Below, piece by piece: positions 24,401 to 36,900 of a DNA stretch of 64,000 bases (its first letter is position 1; the number at the start of each line of letters is the position of its first letter). The translations under genes and the position numbers were made by a program. The notes under the pieces were generated by a model. The model did not search any database. It saw only the letters and a program-made list of their open reading frames with translations, and had not been told where the DNA came from. The stretch covers positions 24,420,126 through 24,484,125 of the forward strand of contig OZ037766.1 of NCBI GenBank assembly GCA_964035545.1. Direction: 5' to 3'. The stretch is from Bugula neritina (Eukaryota > Animalia > Bryozoa).

Positions 24401-27400
24401 GCCCCAAGCTCTGGTGAGTCTGGAGATAGAGCTTCGGGTTACTCTGTTTATCATGCGGCGGGCACTTGGTTTCTAAATTTGCCATTAATCTGTATATTGT
24501 GTTATATTGAATTTCTTTAGTAATAATACAGTATAATACTATATAATCTGCTGTATATACTATATAATCTGCTGTATATACTATATAATCTGCTGTATAT
24601 ACTGTATAATCTGCTGTATATACTGTATAATCTGCTGTATATACTGTATAATCTGCTGTATATACTATATAATCTGCTGTATATACTATATAATCTGCTG
24701 TATGTACTATATAATCTGCTGTATGTACTATATAATCTGCTGTATGTACTATATAATCTGCTGTATGTACTATATTATCTGCTGTATATACTATATTATC
24801 TGCTGTATATACTATATTATCTGCTGTATATACTATATAATCTGCTGTATATACTATATAATCTGCTGTATCTGTTTAAGGTTTGTTAGAAGAACTTCTC
24901 GATTTGCTGTTCAAAGACTTGACTATCTCTGATCTATTCTCTGCGTTCACGTCAGAAGGCGCCGGGTTTGATCGATTGAGAGGCCCTTTAAGGAGGTTTG
25001 CCAGGTCTAGCGTCTTGCAAGAAGGGCCTCATTCTCCAGAAAATATGTCCGCCGCAGTAACCAGACTCATGGCACCTCTTATGAGTCATCTGCAAACTAG
25101 TCTGGTAAATTCTCTTGTGGTAGCCTGTTGTAGAGGCAGTTGTTGTGGTAACAGCGTTAATTTTAGCTCTAACCTTGTTTGTAACTGTAATAGTAGTATT
25201 ATTAGCAGTAACAATACTAGTATAGTAGCAGTAGTGGTAGTAGTATTAGTAGTGGTAGCGGTAGTAGTTGTTGACAATGTGATTAACAGACTGCAAACAG
25301 TGAAAAGCTCTCTTTCGTATTTCAGGCTTCTCAAACTGATGTAGCCCTTGGGACCTACGATATATTAGCCTCGGTTGCTTCTTATGTCTCTCACTGGTTG
25401 TTAGAAACCCTTAATTTTCTGATAGTAAGTAAGGAGGGCACGGCTAATTATGGACAACAGCTCATCTCTCAACTCCACCAAGGTTGGTGCTAGTTTATAC
25501 CAGTTGCTCTGCCGCTATGTTTCTCTAAGACATGGTAGGTGATGATAATCTGGAGTTTTCTCCTCTACCCTAGTAATTGGAAGGCCAAACACGTCAGTCT
25601 CGGGCAGTTGTAATAACCAAACATTTTCATTTAATATATAATAAATCAATAGTTAATTACAAAAGTTTAAGTAACAAAAAGTGGAGTGTTTTAGCAGTTT
25701 TTATTCTGATATACGTGATGTCAATTTTTTCTCCTATGTAAATTTTAGCATGTTGTGTAGTTTTGAGAGTGTTTTGTATATACAAGCAAAACATATATGT
25801 GTGTGTGTGTTTAGACTTGTCTTCTCAACTTTGCATTCTCGCACTCACAAGTTTTACGGCCAGCTCTCTCGACCTACAATCCCAAACTGCTTACTGTTTC
25901 CTGTGTAGGTGTCTTTCGTGCCACCAGTGTATGATCGGAACCATGTTTTATGTTACCTATTGTTAGTACCATATATAGCGTAACTATGGTATATTACTAC
26001 TTATATTGTATTTGTTTGCAGGTGTAGACAACTTCCTTAGACTTTTGTATGAACTGCATGGCAACGCATCACCGGAGCTACGTTTGAGTTCGATTAATCA
26101 AACTATTGCTCGATTTGTTGTAAGTTTCCACACTCTACTCTGTATAAATGAGGCACAGTTAACATGTATTACCTAGTACCGAGTGTAGTATGGTGTTTAT
26201 TATCAACACTCCCTGATTATAATTATGCAGTATTCAAGCATGCTGAAATATTTTGGCTTCAAAATAACAATGTTGGAGTTGTATTCCTATGAAAATTGAT
26301 TTTATATGACATTTAGCGCACAAATCAGGTCCTTAAAATAGTGTGTTTTCAATTATTCATGATTCTCAATCTGCTCAGTGATTGTAGTATTAAAAAAATA
26401 ATGCTGTTAATTGCTAACTTTTATTATTTGATGCTATTGGCTGCTACAAGGCACAGTTCAATCTCTAAAATGGATTATAAGTCAAAAACACTGGCTGTGC
26501 ATACTTCTAGGTAAAAAACAAATAACGCTACTCATATAGATAAAAAGAGTGAACACTATTGCCTATTGGATTATTTGGCAATTCGAAAATTAAAATGTGA
26601 TTAGTGATTTATGACTATAACTTATTTTTGATAAAAACTCAAGCTAACCTTGATGAGTGGCAAAATATTTTATATAACAACATAATATTTATATATTATT
26701 TTTACAATATGATATTATAATCTAATAAATTGCAATGTGTAGTATACTAATTTTCTGCTAAGACATCAAGTTCGAATTACCAAAGTTATTTTTATTATGG
26801 CTATGCCAATTTTCGCATCTATCAATTATTTAATCATAATTCAAATATAAAACTTCAATATTTGTTTATGCTTCTTTTAAACTCAGGCTTATCATTAATT
26901 TGTGTAAATTGCCATGCCCAAACGATGAGTTTTTAGTTATCTAAATAGTCCAGGTGAAAAGAAATTTGATAATGTTGAATAAAAATGTCAAAATGAGTTT
27001 GCAAGTATTATTTAATAATTTGTTGCAATATGATAATAACAGATGTCAATTATAATTCTTATCATAATTATTATGGTTATAATCATCAAATATGCTCTAT
27101 ATGTATAACTTGAGATTCAACAAAAACATTGAAAAGTGACCCAAACAATAAAAAAAGGAAAATTAAAACAATTTAAGTTATAGCTGACTGTATTTGCTAA
27201 ATTTCCATCCGCATTTTTTATCAACTATGTTGTCGATGTCTGCCCAAACGAATCAAATAATCAGAGTCACGTGTCCACGAGGTATTATAAAATCTGTTTG
27301 GGCATACAACTCAAAAGATGTTTTTTAATGTTTGCTAATTTTAACACTGAGCATAATGATTAAGTAGCCCTGCTTTCAACTGGAGCTGTTTTCATATTTT

Positions 27401-30400
27401 TTTTACAGCCTGATGATTTTGATTTTTAAAGTGGAATTCAATGCTCAAAGTTTTTCCGCTTCTTGGCATAAAAAAATGTCTGTTATTTTTTTCTAAGACT
27501 TTACAACACATACCTTCTAAATTTATGAATCACAGATAGTGAAAATGATAAACAGCTAACTAAGGGTGCAAGTTACCAAATTTAAATTTGTGAAAAAGTT
27601 ATATAAATTAGAATATAAGAATTATCTGCCCACAGCTCATTGAAGGCGCTATGTTTCAGGAATACTGCGCAGGTTCCCGCCAGTGGCTAGGCCATGCGCT
27701 GACTCACTTTGCTCAAAGTCAGCTTAGCTCAGAGGGCTTCATGGACCGGATATCCGCCATTCCCCTCAGTGCTGTCACCAGTCACCTGGTCAGACGAGGG
27801 TCAATGCAGACAGCCAGCTCTGCTGGTTCAAACAGCTTCACCACTGCTCAGGTAAGTTATAGAGAACTGCTAGGCTAGGTGGTTTATTTCCTCTCAATGG
27901 ACGCATAATCACTGTGTTTCCATTGCTTTGAATCGATCAGTATGGATGTAGTTGTGGTTGTTGTTTCATTCAATGCAACTGTTACCTAACATTGAATGAA
28001 AAATCTATTCCCATAATGCAAAGCAATGGAAACTTAGTGAATAAAACCAGAATATAAGAGTTTGCGAGAAATTGCTGACACTTGGTTTTAAGTCAACTAG
28101 TCACTATTTTTAAACTGGTGCCATTTCTCTTTATGATAAGTACTTCTGTTTATAGGAGGCCATGCCAACAGCCCCCACCACCAATAGGAATACTACACCA
28201 GCTCCAAGGCTATCTCCTTCACCTCTCTCACCCATATCCCAGTCTACCCTCGCCGAGGCTTCAGCTGCTGATTGGAGGACAGTCATCCCAGCTGTGAGTA
28301 TTCCCTTGTATTTAGGAGTTGTTATATACTGTTTAGTCTGACACGTAATGCTGCAAGTCAGACATTTTAAAGTGATTCAAGGTGGTTTATGTTGCTAATC
28401 ATGCTGTCTCAGCAGCAGGACAAAATGCATGACAGTATTTCCACTCTGCTGCTGTTTAGGTAAATAATATGTCTCCCCGTTTCTACTCTAGGATCTTGTC
28501 AACCGGGAATGTTATAGCATATTTTTATAAACATTATGTTTGGTTCTGTTTTGCCCAATTGCATCCTCTCCTTCTAGGAGTTGCCAGTGTCACTTATTTT
28601 ACTAAATATCATGTATTACTAATTACAGGCTTTACTTCTTGACTTTAGCTACTAAATGCCTGTTTTAATTTTAGTTTGAATTTTAAGACAGTTATAATGC
28701 TGTGTTCTTGTATCATGTATAGTGACCAATCCACAAGTGCTTTCTAGCATCTCATTCATGGTTGTGACTTGATGTGTGTTTTCTGTAGGACTGGATATCT
28801 ATTATTGAGGAAGATGTCAAACGGCAGCTAAGATTAGAGGCTAGCATGGAGGAATTACCTCCTCTTAGTGATGAGTATCTCAACGGCCGGCCACAGAAAA
28901 GACGAAGGGTAGGTTATTCAACCCCTAGTGCTAGTTCACCAGTTCTATTCATTGCGATGAATTTATTAGGTTATGCAACCAACTTTGACAGAGGCATGTT
29001 TCTATGTTCTATCATTTCATTAACAAGAATCGTGATAAAATTTCAAGTGTGTTCCAATATGGATCAAGCATGTATCAAGCTAATGGCAAGGGTGAATTCA
29101 ATCTATCAACAATGATTAAGATAACATTTAACAGTTTAGAGGTGTGAATCTCTTGCGTTATCCAGTTGTACACTTTGTTCCCGTGCGTCTCCCATGCACC
29201 GGATAGAAAATTCATTCCGAATAATATGACGTATGGGAAAACGTAGTGGTAGTGTGTCTGTAAGAAACTAAACAAATCTTCTCATTTCCCAGTTTGTTTA
29301 CTTGTGTTGTTGATCAACCACTGGTGTGATATTTTTATGATCTTGTCCTATTCCCTCACCTTATGCCACACAGTTCCACCAGAAATCTTCTTTGATTTTT
29401 TAATTTATTTTTGTCCCATTCTATCACCCCTCAAATTGACAAGCTACCAGATTATTTTATATTTATGTTTTAGTTGACACACATTTTGATTTCTTTATTC
29501 GACTGCTATTCACATTCCATTTGGTTTCTGCCATTTCATTGTTGTTGGCTAATTTGTTATTCATCTCTACCAAAGGCTATTGGCTCTTGTTTTGTGTATA
29601 TAATTTCTCGCTCACTTTGCAAGATTTTAGTAACTTATTTAATATTCAGCATTTTCATATAATTATTTGTATATAATTATAAGCTTGAAATTTTAAATGA
29701 GTAAACATTTTCAACAAAAATTTTCTTCAATAATTAAAGCCTGAGCTGCGCTGCCTGCTAGTTGAAGAGGGTACTTTTGCTTGCAAAGAATGGCAGGGGC
29801 TGATAACTGCTCTTTGTATTTGAAAACCTGTTCCAGTGAATTTGCAAAGCTATTAGCTATTGCTGCATCCCAAACAGCATGGATTTGGATTGTACAGTGT
29901 GGCTGGAAATTTAGAACTGTATTCTGTACCGTGTACAGCTAATTTTACTCGGCATGTTTGCTGATTAGATCATTGGCTCCTTTTTTGCTGTGAAGCTTAA
30001 TTTGGAGCATGTTTTCTCAAAATAAAAACTAATTAAATACTACTGGTAATATTCTAACTGATCTTTTAGCATCAAAAACATCTGTTTTATATATTGGTGA
30101 TTAAATTCAACTTTAATTTTCTATTAATCCTATCCTAGATATTACAAGTCATATTTTGTAAAGTTCATTTTGGGCTCAGTGTGACCTGTGATGAAACTGC
30201 AATTTGAACGCTTTTGCTTCCAGTCCAAATGTCTCTCAACTTTATATGGCTTTCTACATAGTGTCTGTATTGAGTTTGCTGTGGCTATATATTTCCTTTT
30301 TCACAAAATGCTACACACCTTGCAAGAGCTTTAAGTTGAGCATAGCACTACTGTTATTCTGGGGATAGTGAATGCTGGGGTATATCATTTCCCATGAAAA

Positions 30401-30911
30401 TTCACTTTGTAAAGTATTGTCTTTAAAAAACCTAATGTTAGCTCACAATCTGTATCCTCCGTGGGTAGACAGCTACTGTCCATGTGTAGTGGTCAGAATG
30501 AAAGCCGCTGGTGGTGTCAGATAGATTTCTAAGTTTAAATTAAAAAAATCTATTAATCGTTTAACTGCCATAACAGTCCCCCACAATTTGCTGGGAGCTG
30601 GAATGGAAATCCTTTTAATTTGCACTACTATTGTGGTGGATACTTTGCTCTGGCCCCTGGAAGCGCTCAATGCATTTAAATTAGAAGCATAGGGAGTTTG
30701 GGAGCTTAGTCATAAGCTCACTACCATTTCCTTAGCTCACTGCAAAACAGTTTACGAGTTGTGAAAAAGCAGATTGCAATAAGGTTTTGATCTGCAGAAG
30801 TCATTTACAATACATTATTATTATTATTATATATTAACAAATTATTATGTGTTGGCAAGTGACACTTTGAATTTTGTATTGTAGCTGAGCGAAGGAGAAG
30901 AGCAAGATTAG
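15438..30911 (+). CDS. BAG6: Large proline-rich protein BAG6 (BAT3/Scythe), about 1063 aa
   Basis: 22 phase-consistent exons: 15438-15500, 16535-16576, 16690-16765, 16866-17054, 17597-17733, 19621-19946, 20035-20137, 20350-20559, 20968-21145, 21679-21831, 22117-22320, 22837-23017, 23400-23475, 23737-23853, 24257-24413, 24881-25104, 25326-25482, 26022-26119, 27636-27851, 28156-28293, 28789-28908, 30885-30911. N-terminal UBL domain (MFEVKVKTLDG...ERQRLIFSGKVL...KVVHVV), a DUF3538-like segment (NPTVEVLHSLWAEVEALQSRL...HAISDFNC) and the C-terminal WRTVIPADWISIIEEDVKRQ...PPLSDEYLNGRPQKRRR typical of BAG6. Internal low-complexity exons and the last exon are less certain. Confidence 0.9.
17710..19239 (+). 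repeat. 30-bp minisatellite, 51 copies; unit = last 24 nt of BAG6 exon 5 plus the GTGAGT donor
   Basis: Unit CATTCTTTACTAGACAGAGTAGAG|GTGAGT. The first copy is the real exon end (HSLLDRVE). Variant patterns recur at a 600-bp offset (17761 vs 18361), and the distal copies form a diverged sub-block. Confidence 0.97.
19411..19612. repeat. 22-bp minisatellite (TATTATCTGTACATGTATATTG), about 9 copies
   Basis: Tandem repeat ending 8 nt before BAG6 exon 6 (starts 19621). Confidence 0.95.
20711..20905. mobile_element. MITE (195 bp) with TGTTG...CAACA termini, about 37-bp TIRs and a 5-bp TSD (Ginger-like ends)
   Basis: TGTTGCAAAGTTGGGATACAGTGTGGCGGTTCTTATT pairs with AATAAGAACTGTCGCACTGTATCCCAACTTTTCAACA (4 mismatches). 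TSD ACGAT at 20706-20710 and 20906-20910. Confidence 0.85.
21903..21984. mobile_element. Small degenerate MITE (PIF/Harbinger-like termini)
   Basis: Imperfect TIRs GGCCTATTCACACTACA ... TGTAGTGTGAGCAGACT. Confidence 0.45.
24536..24871. repeat. 21-bp minisatellite (ATACTATATAATCTGCTGTAT), 16 copies
   Basis: Tandem repeat ending 9 nt before BAG6 exon 16 (starts 24881). It accounts for ORF 24702-24932. Confidence 0.95.
27909..28040. mobile_element. Small MITE with 22-bp TIRs
   Basis: TCACTGTGTTTCCATTGCTTTG pairs with CAAAGCAATGGAAACTTAGTGA (2 mismatches). ATAA flanks both sides. Confidence 0.6.
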
Positions 30912-33595
30912 CTGACCTTGAGATTGTTATCGTAGCAAGCATTAAATCAAGCACTCATAGTATCACCAATTCAACACTAACAGTTTCAAAATAATCTTTT
31001 TCAATTGCACGATTGCTCCAAGTGTTATTGGTTTGTGATGTTACTAACTTTACTGTAATTGTGCCTTTATTGGGCTCTGTTATTCTCTGCTATTTATATT
31101 ATCTTTATAATATCGAGGTTGGGTTTCTTGTAATCAACTGTGAAGAATAATTAAATAATACAAATAATAAATACAAAATAGGTGATAATAAATATACATA
31201 GCCCTCTGATTCTGTGACAGTTTGAATGTGTGTTTATAACTTCAACATTTTTAAGCACAATGTCAATCTGACCAAGCAACTGTGAATGTTTTCCATCATT
31301 TTTTAGAATAAATAGTCATATAAGCTACTGCATAAGTTTTAATAAAGCTTCAACTATTCAAACCAAAAGCATTGTATTTTGTTTAAAGATCAGTTGTTTT
31401 CATTATAACAATGTAGACAAAACGTAACAAAGGGTAGCACTGCTAAATTAATAATTATAGAGTTAAATTAGGACTTTAATATTGGTATAAAGGTGCAATA
31501 TTTTGTGAATCATATCACTAGCAGAACAAATACAGAAAAGATACATATGATTTCTTCTTTTGTTATGAAAATTGCAAAAAAAAACTAAATCTCTGTCTGG
31601 TCTAAAAATTGTAAGTGTGTAAAGATATTCAGAAGCTGGTATATCCATAAATTTTATTAGCTTTAGTTTGCTCAGTGTTGCTGCTACAGCAGAGCCCCAG
31701 ACAGCTAAAAGATGAGCAAATTTACGTTTTCACTGAAGACTTAAACCAGTATTAGGAACTGTTGTGTACTTTGATGGAGCATTGGTTAGGCGTGTTATGT
31801 TTAAAGAAGGCAACCAATCAGAAGGTTTTTGATTAAATTCAGCCAATTCAAATAACTGTTACATACTGTAATGGTTTTTAATATGTCTGCTGTAAACCTT
31901 GTCACCACTGGAGCATGTTAGACACCGTATCTGCATAGAAACCCACAACTGATAAAGATACAATGCACGAGTGTCAATAGTCAAACTAGACTGTATTCTG
32001 CATCACCCAGTCACTGGGTAGATAACCAAATCCGAATCCATTTGCTCTATTGGACTGATGCTATTTATAGAGGTGCAATCAAGGGACTGATAGCAGTGCT
32101 TCTAAAACCATGCAAGAGAACATATTATAGTAAGTATGAGTACTGTATCACAGTTTACTTTTTCAAGTTTCAATAATTTTCACAGTGCACTATAGACTTT
32201 TACACCATCACTGTATTGTATAGCTTAGTAGTGTTGGTATCACAGGAGATCTAGTGTCTTAGCGTGTATTGTGTACCTATAGACCAGCCTGCTTGCAGTT
32301 ATATGCTATATGCTGCAGGTGTAATAAATAATCGCAGTAATACAGCCACTTGCAATGTAATCAAGAATGTTACACTTTCAACAAAAACAAGTTTGATATT
32401 GGCTGCTTCTGTTATGACATTAGTCTTTCTAAAAGTAGAAAGTATTTGTTTTAATTGCAGCATGCATGCAAACCGCTGTGCACAGGCATTTTTTGACAAA
32501 TTGAAGTGAAGGTTAAGCTTAACTTTTAATTTTATGTTAGAGCTTCATAGAATTTCCTAATTTCTTAACAATTGCATCTAAATTTACATTCTCCTATGTG
32601 GTTCAGAACAAATTCATGATAGGTAACTTATAGCCTATAGGACGTTTCTTCTTCCCTTCTAAATTCTATTCTTTCAGTGTAGTATAACACGTATCTACTT
32701 CAGTGAGCAACTATAATTGTAATACATGCACTCACTCTCTTATGGTGGGTGATAAAAGCTCTCATTGCATAACCATTCAGTTTCTCCACAGCCACTATAA
32801 TGATCTCACTTTGAATAAATCATTTTGATGTGTGAAGTATTGCTAGACACTAGTAAGTACTGTGGTTTGTTTGTCTCTTGCATTTCACAACATGGTTAGT
32901 GTAAACTAGAACAGTTACTTTAATGAAAAAATACTAGTTCTAACACACAACTTTTAGCTTTAGTAGATTTATAGTTTATACATATTTATATGTATGCGTA
33001 TGCTTGTAAGTGAATGTTGACATTACTGGTTTTAAAGACTGTAAGTGTTTGACTAAGCAGTTGCCTGAAGGTTTCTATTCATCTATCAATCACTTCTGTT
33101 CACAAATGAATGTCAATCTAATCTACACTTTTACCAGAAATTTTTTAATCTTTCAATTTAAAAAAAAGGTTAGGCAGTGTTTAGTAAACGTACAGTCTTA
33201 AAATTTAAGGTATTAATCAATTTTGTTTCACTTATTAAACTTATTGCATTTTTAAAGCTTGAGCATATCTTTTCATTTAGTTGACTAGTATAATAACCCA
33301 ACTGCTAAATGCCATTACATGATAAGTTATTGCCTTCATTGGTTTTATTCACTATTCTATACAAAAGAGTTGAATGGATTGATGACCTGATGATTACATT
33401 CACTGCACATTTACCCACTCATAGTAGGCTGCAGGTCTTTATTTAAAACAACCTCAAGTTTAAACAACTGCATTGTTTTTAAATTAGAAATAGCTTTATC
33501 TTATCCTTTTAGCCTTTCTTGGTTGCCAAGATATAATTCTTATACGTCTGAAGCACCCTCTTTTAATGCTTCGATTACTAGATGTCATATCTAAA

Positions 33596-33868
33596 ACACA
33601 CTGCACACACACTGCACACACACTGCACACACACACCACCACCACCCCCACCACTACCACCCCCACCACCACCACCACCACCACCACCACCCCCACCACT
33701 ACCACCCCCACCACCACCACCACCACCCCCACCACCACCACCACCACCACCCCCACCACCACCACCACCACCACCACCACCACCACCACCACCACCACCA
33801 CCACCACCACCACCACCACCACCACCACCACCACCACCACCACCACCACCACCACCACCACCACACAC
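33596..33868. repeat. Compound microsatellite: (CACACTGCACA)-type units followed by about 230 bp of (CCA)n
   Basis: Seen directly. It produces the spurious poly-V/T/G/P/W ORFs. Confidence 0.95.
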
Positions 33869-33948
33869 ATAAAGGCATATAAGTATATAATTGCTCACCG
33901 TTAAATTGTTTCACTATAGATTAAGCTGCAATAGAACTCAATGAAAGA

Positions 33949-36900
33949 ATGTATCTCTCTCTTATCCCTATGGTTCTGCTTCTAACAGTCAACAGCCATG
34001 CTGCTCTGTCAGGTAAACATAAACTAAGATATTATCACATAGCCAGCTTGTTAAGTATACTATATACAAGACATACCAACTTATACATAAGTACCAGCAT
34101 AATTTTTATTATTTCTCTATTAAGTGCAATATGTTTTTTTTCTATTTAAAGTAATTTGTTAAGTTTCCTTCTTTCCCAAACCCATCAATAGTAAATGCAA
34201 TATTGGAACTTCATTTAAATGTACTGTTATGTTGCTTTTAAAATTTTAAAAGTTAGTGGGTGTAATACTTAAGTATTCTAATTGTATAAAATGTCCTAGT
34301 TGACGAAATAAGGATGTTATGTTTAAACCTCAATAAATTGAAAAAATAACTACCATTTTAATCAAATAGTTTTACGTAATATTCTTGAAAAGCTAAACAG
34401 TAAAAAAGCTTCCTTTTTTTAAAATGAAGCACACTTATTTGAATATAATCATTATCGAAATGCTACTGTTTTGTATGAACAATTGAAGAGCTTTCAACAT
34501 TATAAACAATATAGAATGTGTGTATCTAAGAAGTATTATCAGGGGTAGTTGAACGTTTTTTTGGTAAAATTAAACAGCATAACTTGATTAAACATTCATT
34601 TAACTTCTTTTACTTTCACGAGCTTCAACACCTGTTTAGTAATTCAAAATCATATAGCTCTACAGCATGCATATAGTTTACAGGGAAGTCTTTTCTAAAT
34701 TGGTGATTCACAACAAACTGGATGGTAGCTGTTATATCTCTATAGCAAATTCCTAAAGAGTCTTGGAAATTTCATAATTTGAATTGATTATTAGGTAAAA
34801 TTGTTTCTAAATATCAAAAATATATTTTCTATTTTTTGTAAAGGCAAAAACGAACAAAATAGATTTCAAATTACAAACTGGAAAAGAGTTAAAACTTAAC
34901 CTCTAGAGCCTAGACTATAGACAACCTTTCACATCTTCTGCTAAATTAAAACCATGTGCGTCTTATCAGTTGATAGTCAAACTTTCTGGCTGGGTGTTGT
35001 AGGAGAGAACGTAACTTCTAAACTCTTTAGCATTGAAGGCACAAAAACACTGGTGCTGGATACATATATGGACGCAACTAATGAAGAGCAAACATTCACT
35101 CTGTATGTCAATGATTTGGTACACAACTTCACATTGACTGCTGACAGTGCTAAGGACGATGTTGTATCTCTTACAGTAAGTGGGATGACAACTCCATAAA
35201 ATATTGTTTGCATAATTATTCTAAATTACCATTTTTCCAACTAATTATAAAGTTAGTTCCTTTGGACTTGAATTTTTCAATCTTCCTACGACTTTAAACA
35301 TATCACCAGCTAATTCTATTTAATCTTCAACTCAGTTTTTTCTTAACAAACCTAACAAACCCAAAATAAACAAAATTACCAACAATACATGGATATTTTC
35401 TTGTTTTAGGATGCAGGGTGGGTAACACCTTGTAAGGAAGTCACTTCGGAGTTGCCTTCTTCTAATCAAAGTGTATTGCATAGTGGCACTACACTGTCCA
35501 CAATTGGAAAACTTGATATGGGATATAATGCCACTCACACTAAATGCTTTCAAGTTCACTTTAATAGTAGGTCTTTGACATTTCTTCTCTCTCATATGTT
35601 ATGTTTTGCTGTTGAGTTGAATTTTCTTACTAAAATAAATAGCTTTGACAACATGCTTGTTTTTCTTAAATTTATCAATTAGTTGATACTAAAACTTATT
35701 TAGAATATAAAGCAACAGCAAATAAAGCACAACTAACCTAGTTTAATGAGTAGACAACTCTAATATGTTAATTTGGGAGAGGTGAAATAAATTAGAATGA
35801 CTTACTCACTGTACTATGTTTCATTACTATTATTGATTGCTTTTGTAATAGAATAACTCTTTTCTATTTTAAATATATTTGCAAAAATAAAAAAACTGTG
35901 TCATTCCTGTACAAGTCTTTTAACATAATTAATTTGATATAGTATATCATTTAGGTACTATAGTACCATAGAGTTCATTTGAAGTATTAAACTTTAATCT
36001 CCATAAGACTTCTTTTAGGATAAACTTAGGCGCATATTAGAGTATTAGAGTTTAAAGAACTTTGTCTCTATTTTACAATTTATTATCAAATATAATTCCT
36101 GCAAGTTATATGCAATGCTACCATCATAATATAATAAGTTGTATTCTCACCTTCCACCCTTCTAGTTACCTCTCACTACTTGGGATATGCTACAATTAGC
36201 TTTCAAGCGGTTTACCATGTCATGAATGAAGGTCAGCTGACAGCAGGAAGTGAATCTATTGGGTCTGTTGTGATCAGGTCTATCAGACAACGGAGGCCTA
36301 TTGATCTGGCTTTCAACGTCATGGTCTATGTCTTGGTAAGTTTGCTGCTATCATATAATCTGATACATTATCACATTACATACAGTGTATATATATATAT
36401 ATATCTCAATCTGTGGACAGCAGCTGTTTCAGGATTTGTCCCCTCATCAGCACAGAACAGAGTACCATGGCCCACACCTTCGCAATAGTAAAACTTATAG
36501 TTTTACTAAAGCATATTTAAAAGGTGTGTAAACTCAAGCCAGAGTGCTCAAGTGACTCTAGGGGTCACCTAGGAGTCACGAGCATATTTATATATATATA
36601 TTTATTAAAAATTGTGCATTTTTCATTATAAGAATATGATCTTAATTTATCAAAGTTTAGGTAAAAACCTTTTATTGGCTTATTTAGCTATTTTGGCATT
36701 TCATGTTCATCTCAGTAATTCAATTGAACGAAATAATATATTTCTAAGTTATGGAGTTATGCTCACTTACACTATATCTGAATGGAGTATTACCTTTATC
36801 TTTCAAACCCAACTTTTTATCAATACATTAAGAGCTCTTGCAGGTTTCAACAAAGAAACCAACTGTTTTACTAACTTTCTGCCAACTGTATACGTTTTTG

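Noticed and set aside
29075-29400. CpG-richer patch with a short minus-strand ORF in the last BAG6 intron
   Set aside because: No recognisable protein motif, termini or TSD; possibly a repeat fragment, but it cannot be supported.
33496-33914. Poly-Val/Thr/Gly/Pro/Trp ORFs
   Set aside because: Translations of a (CCA)n microsatellite.
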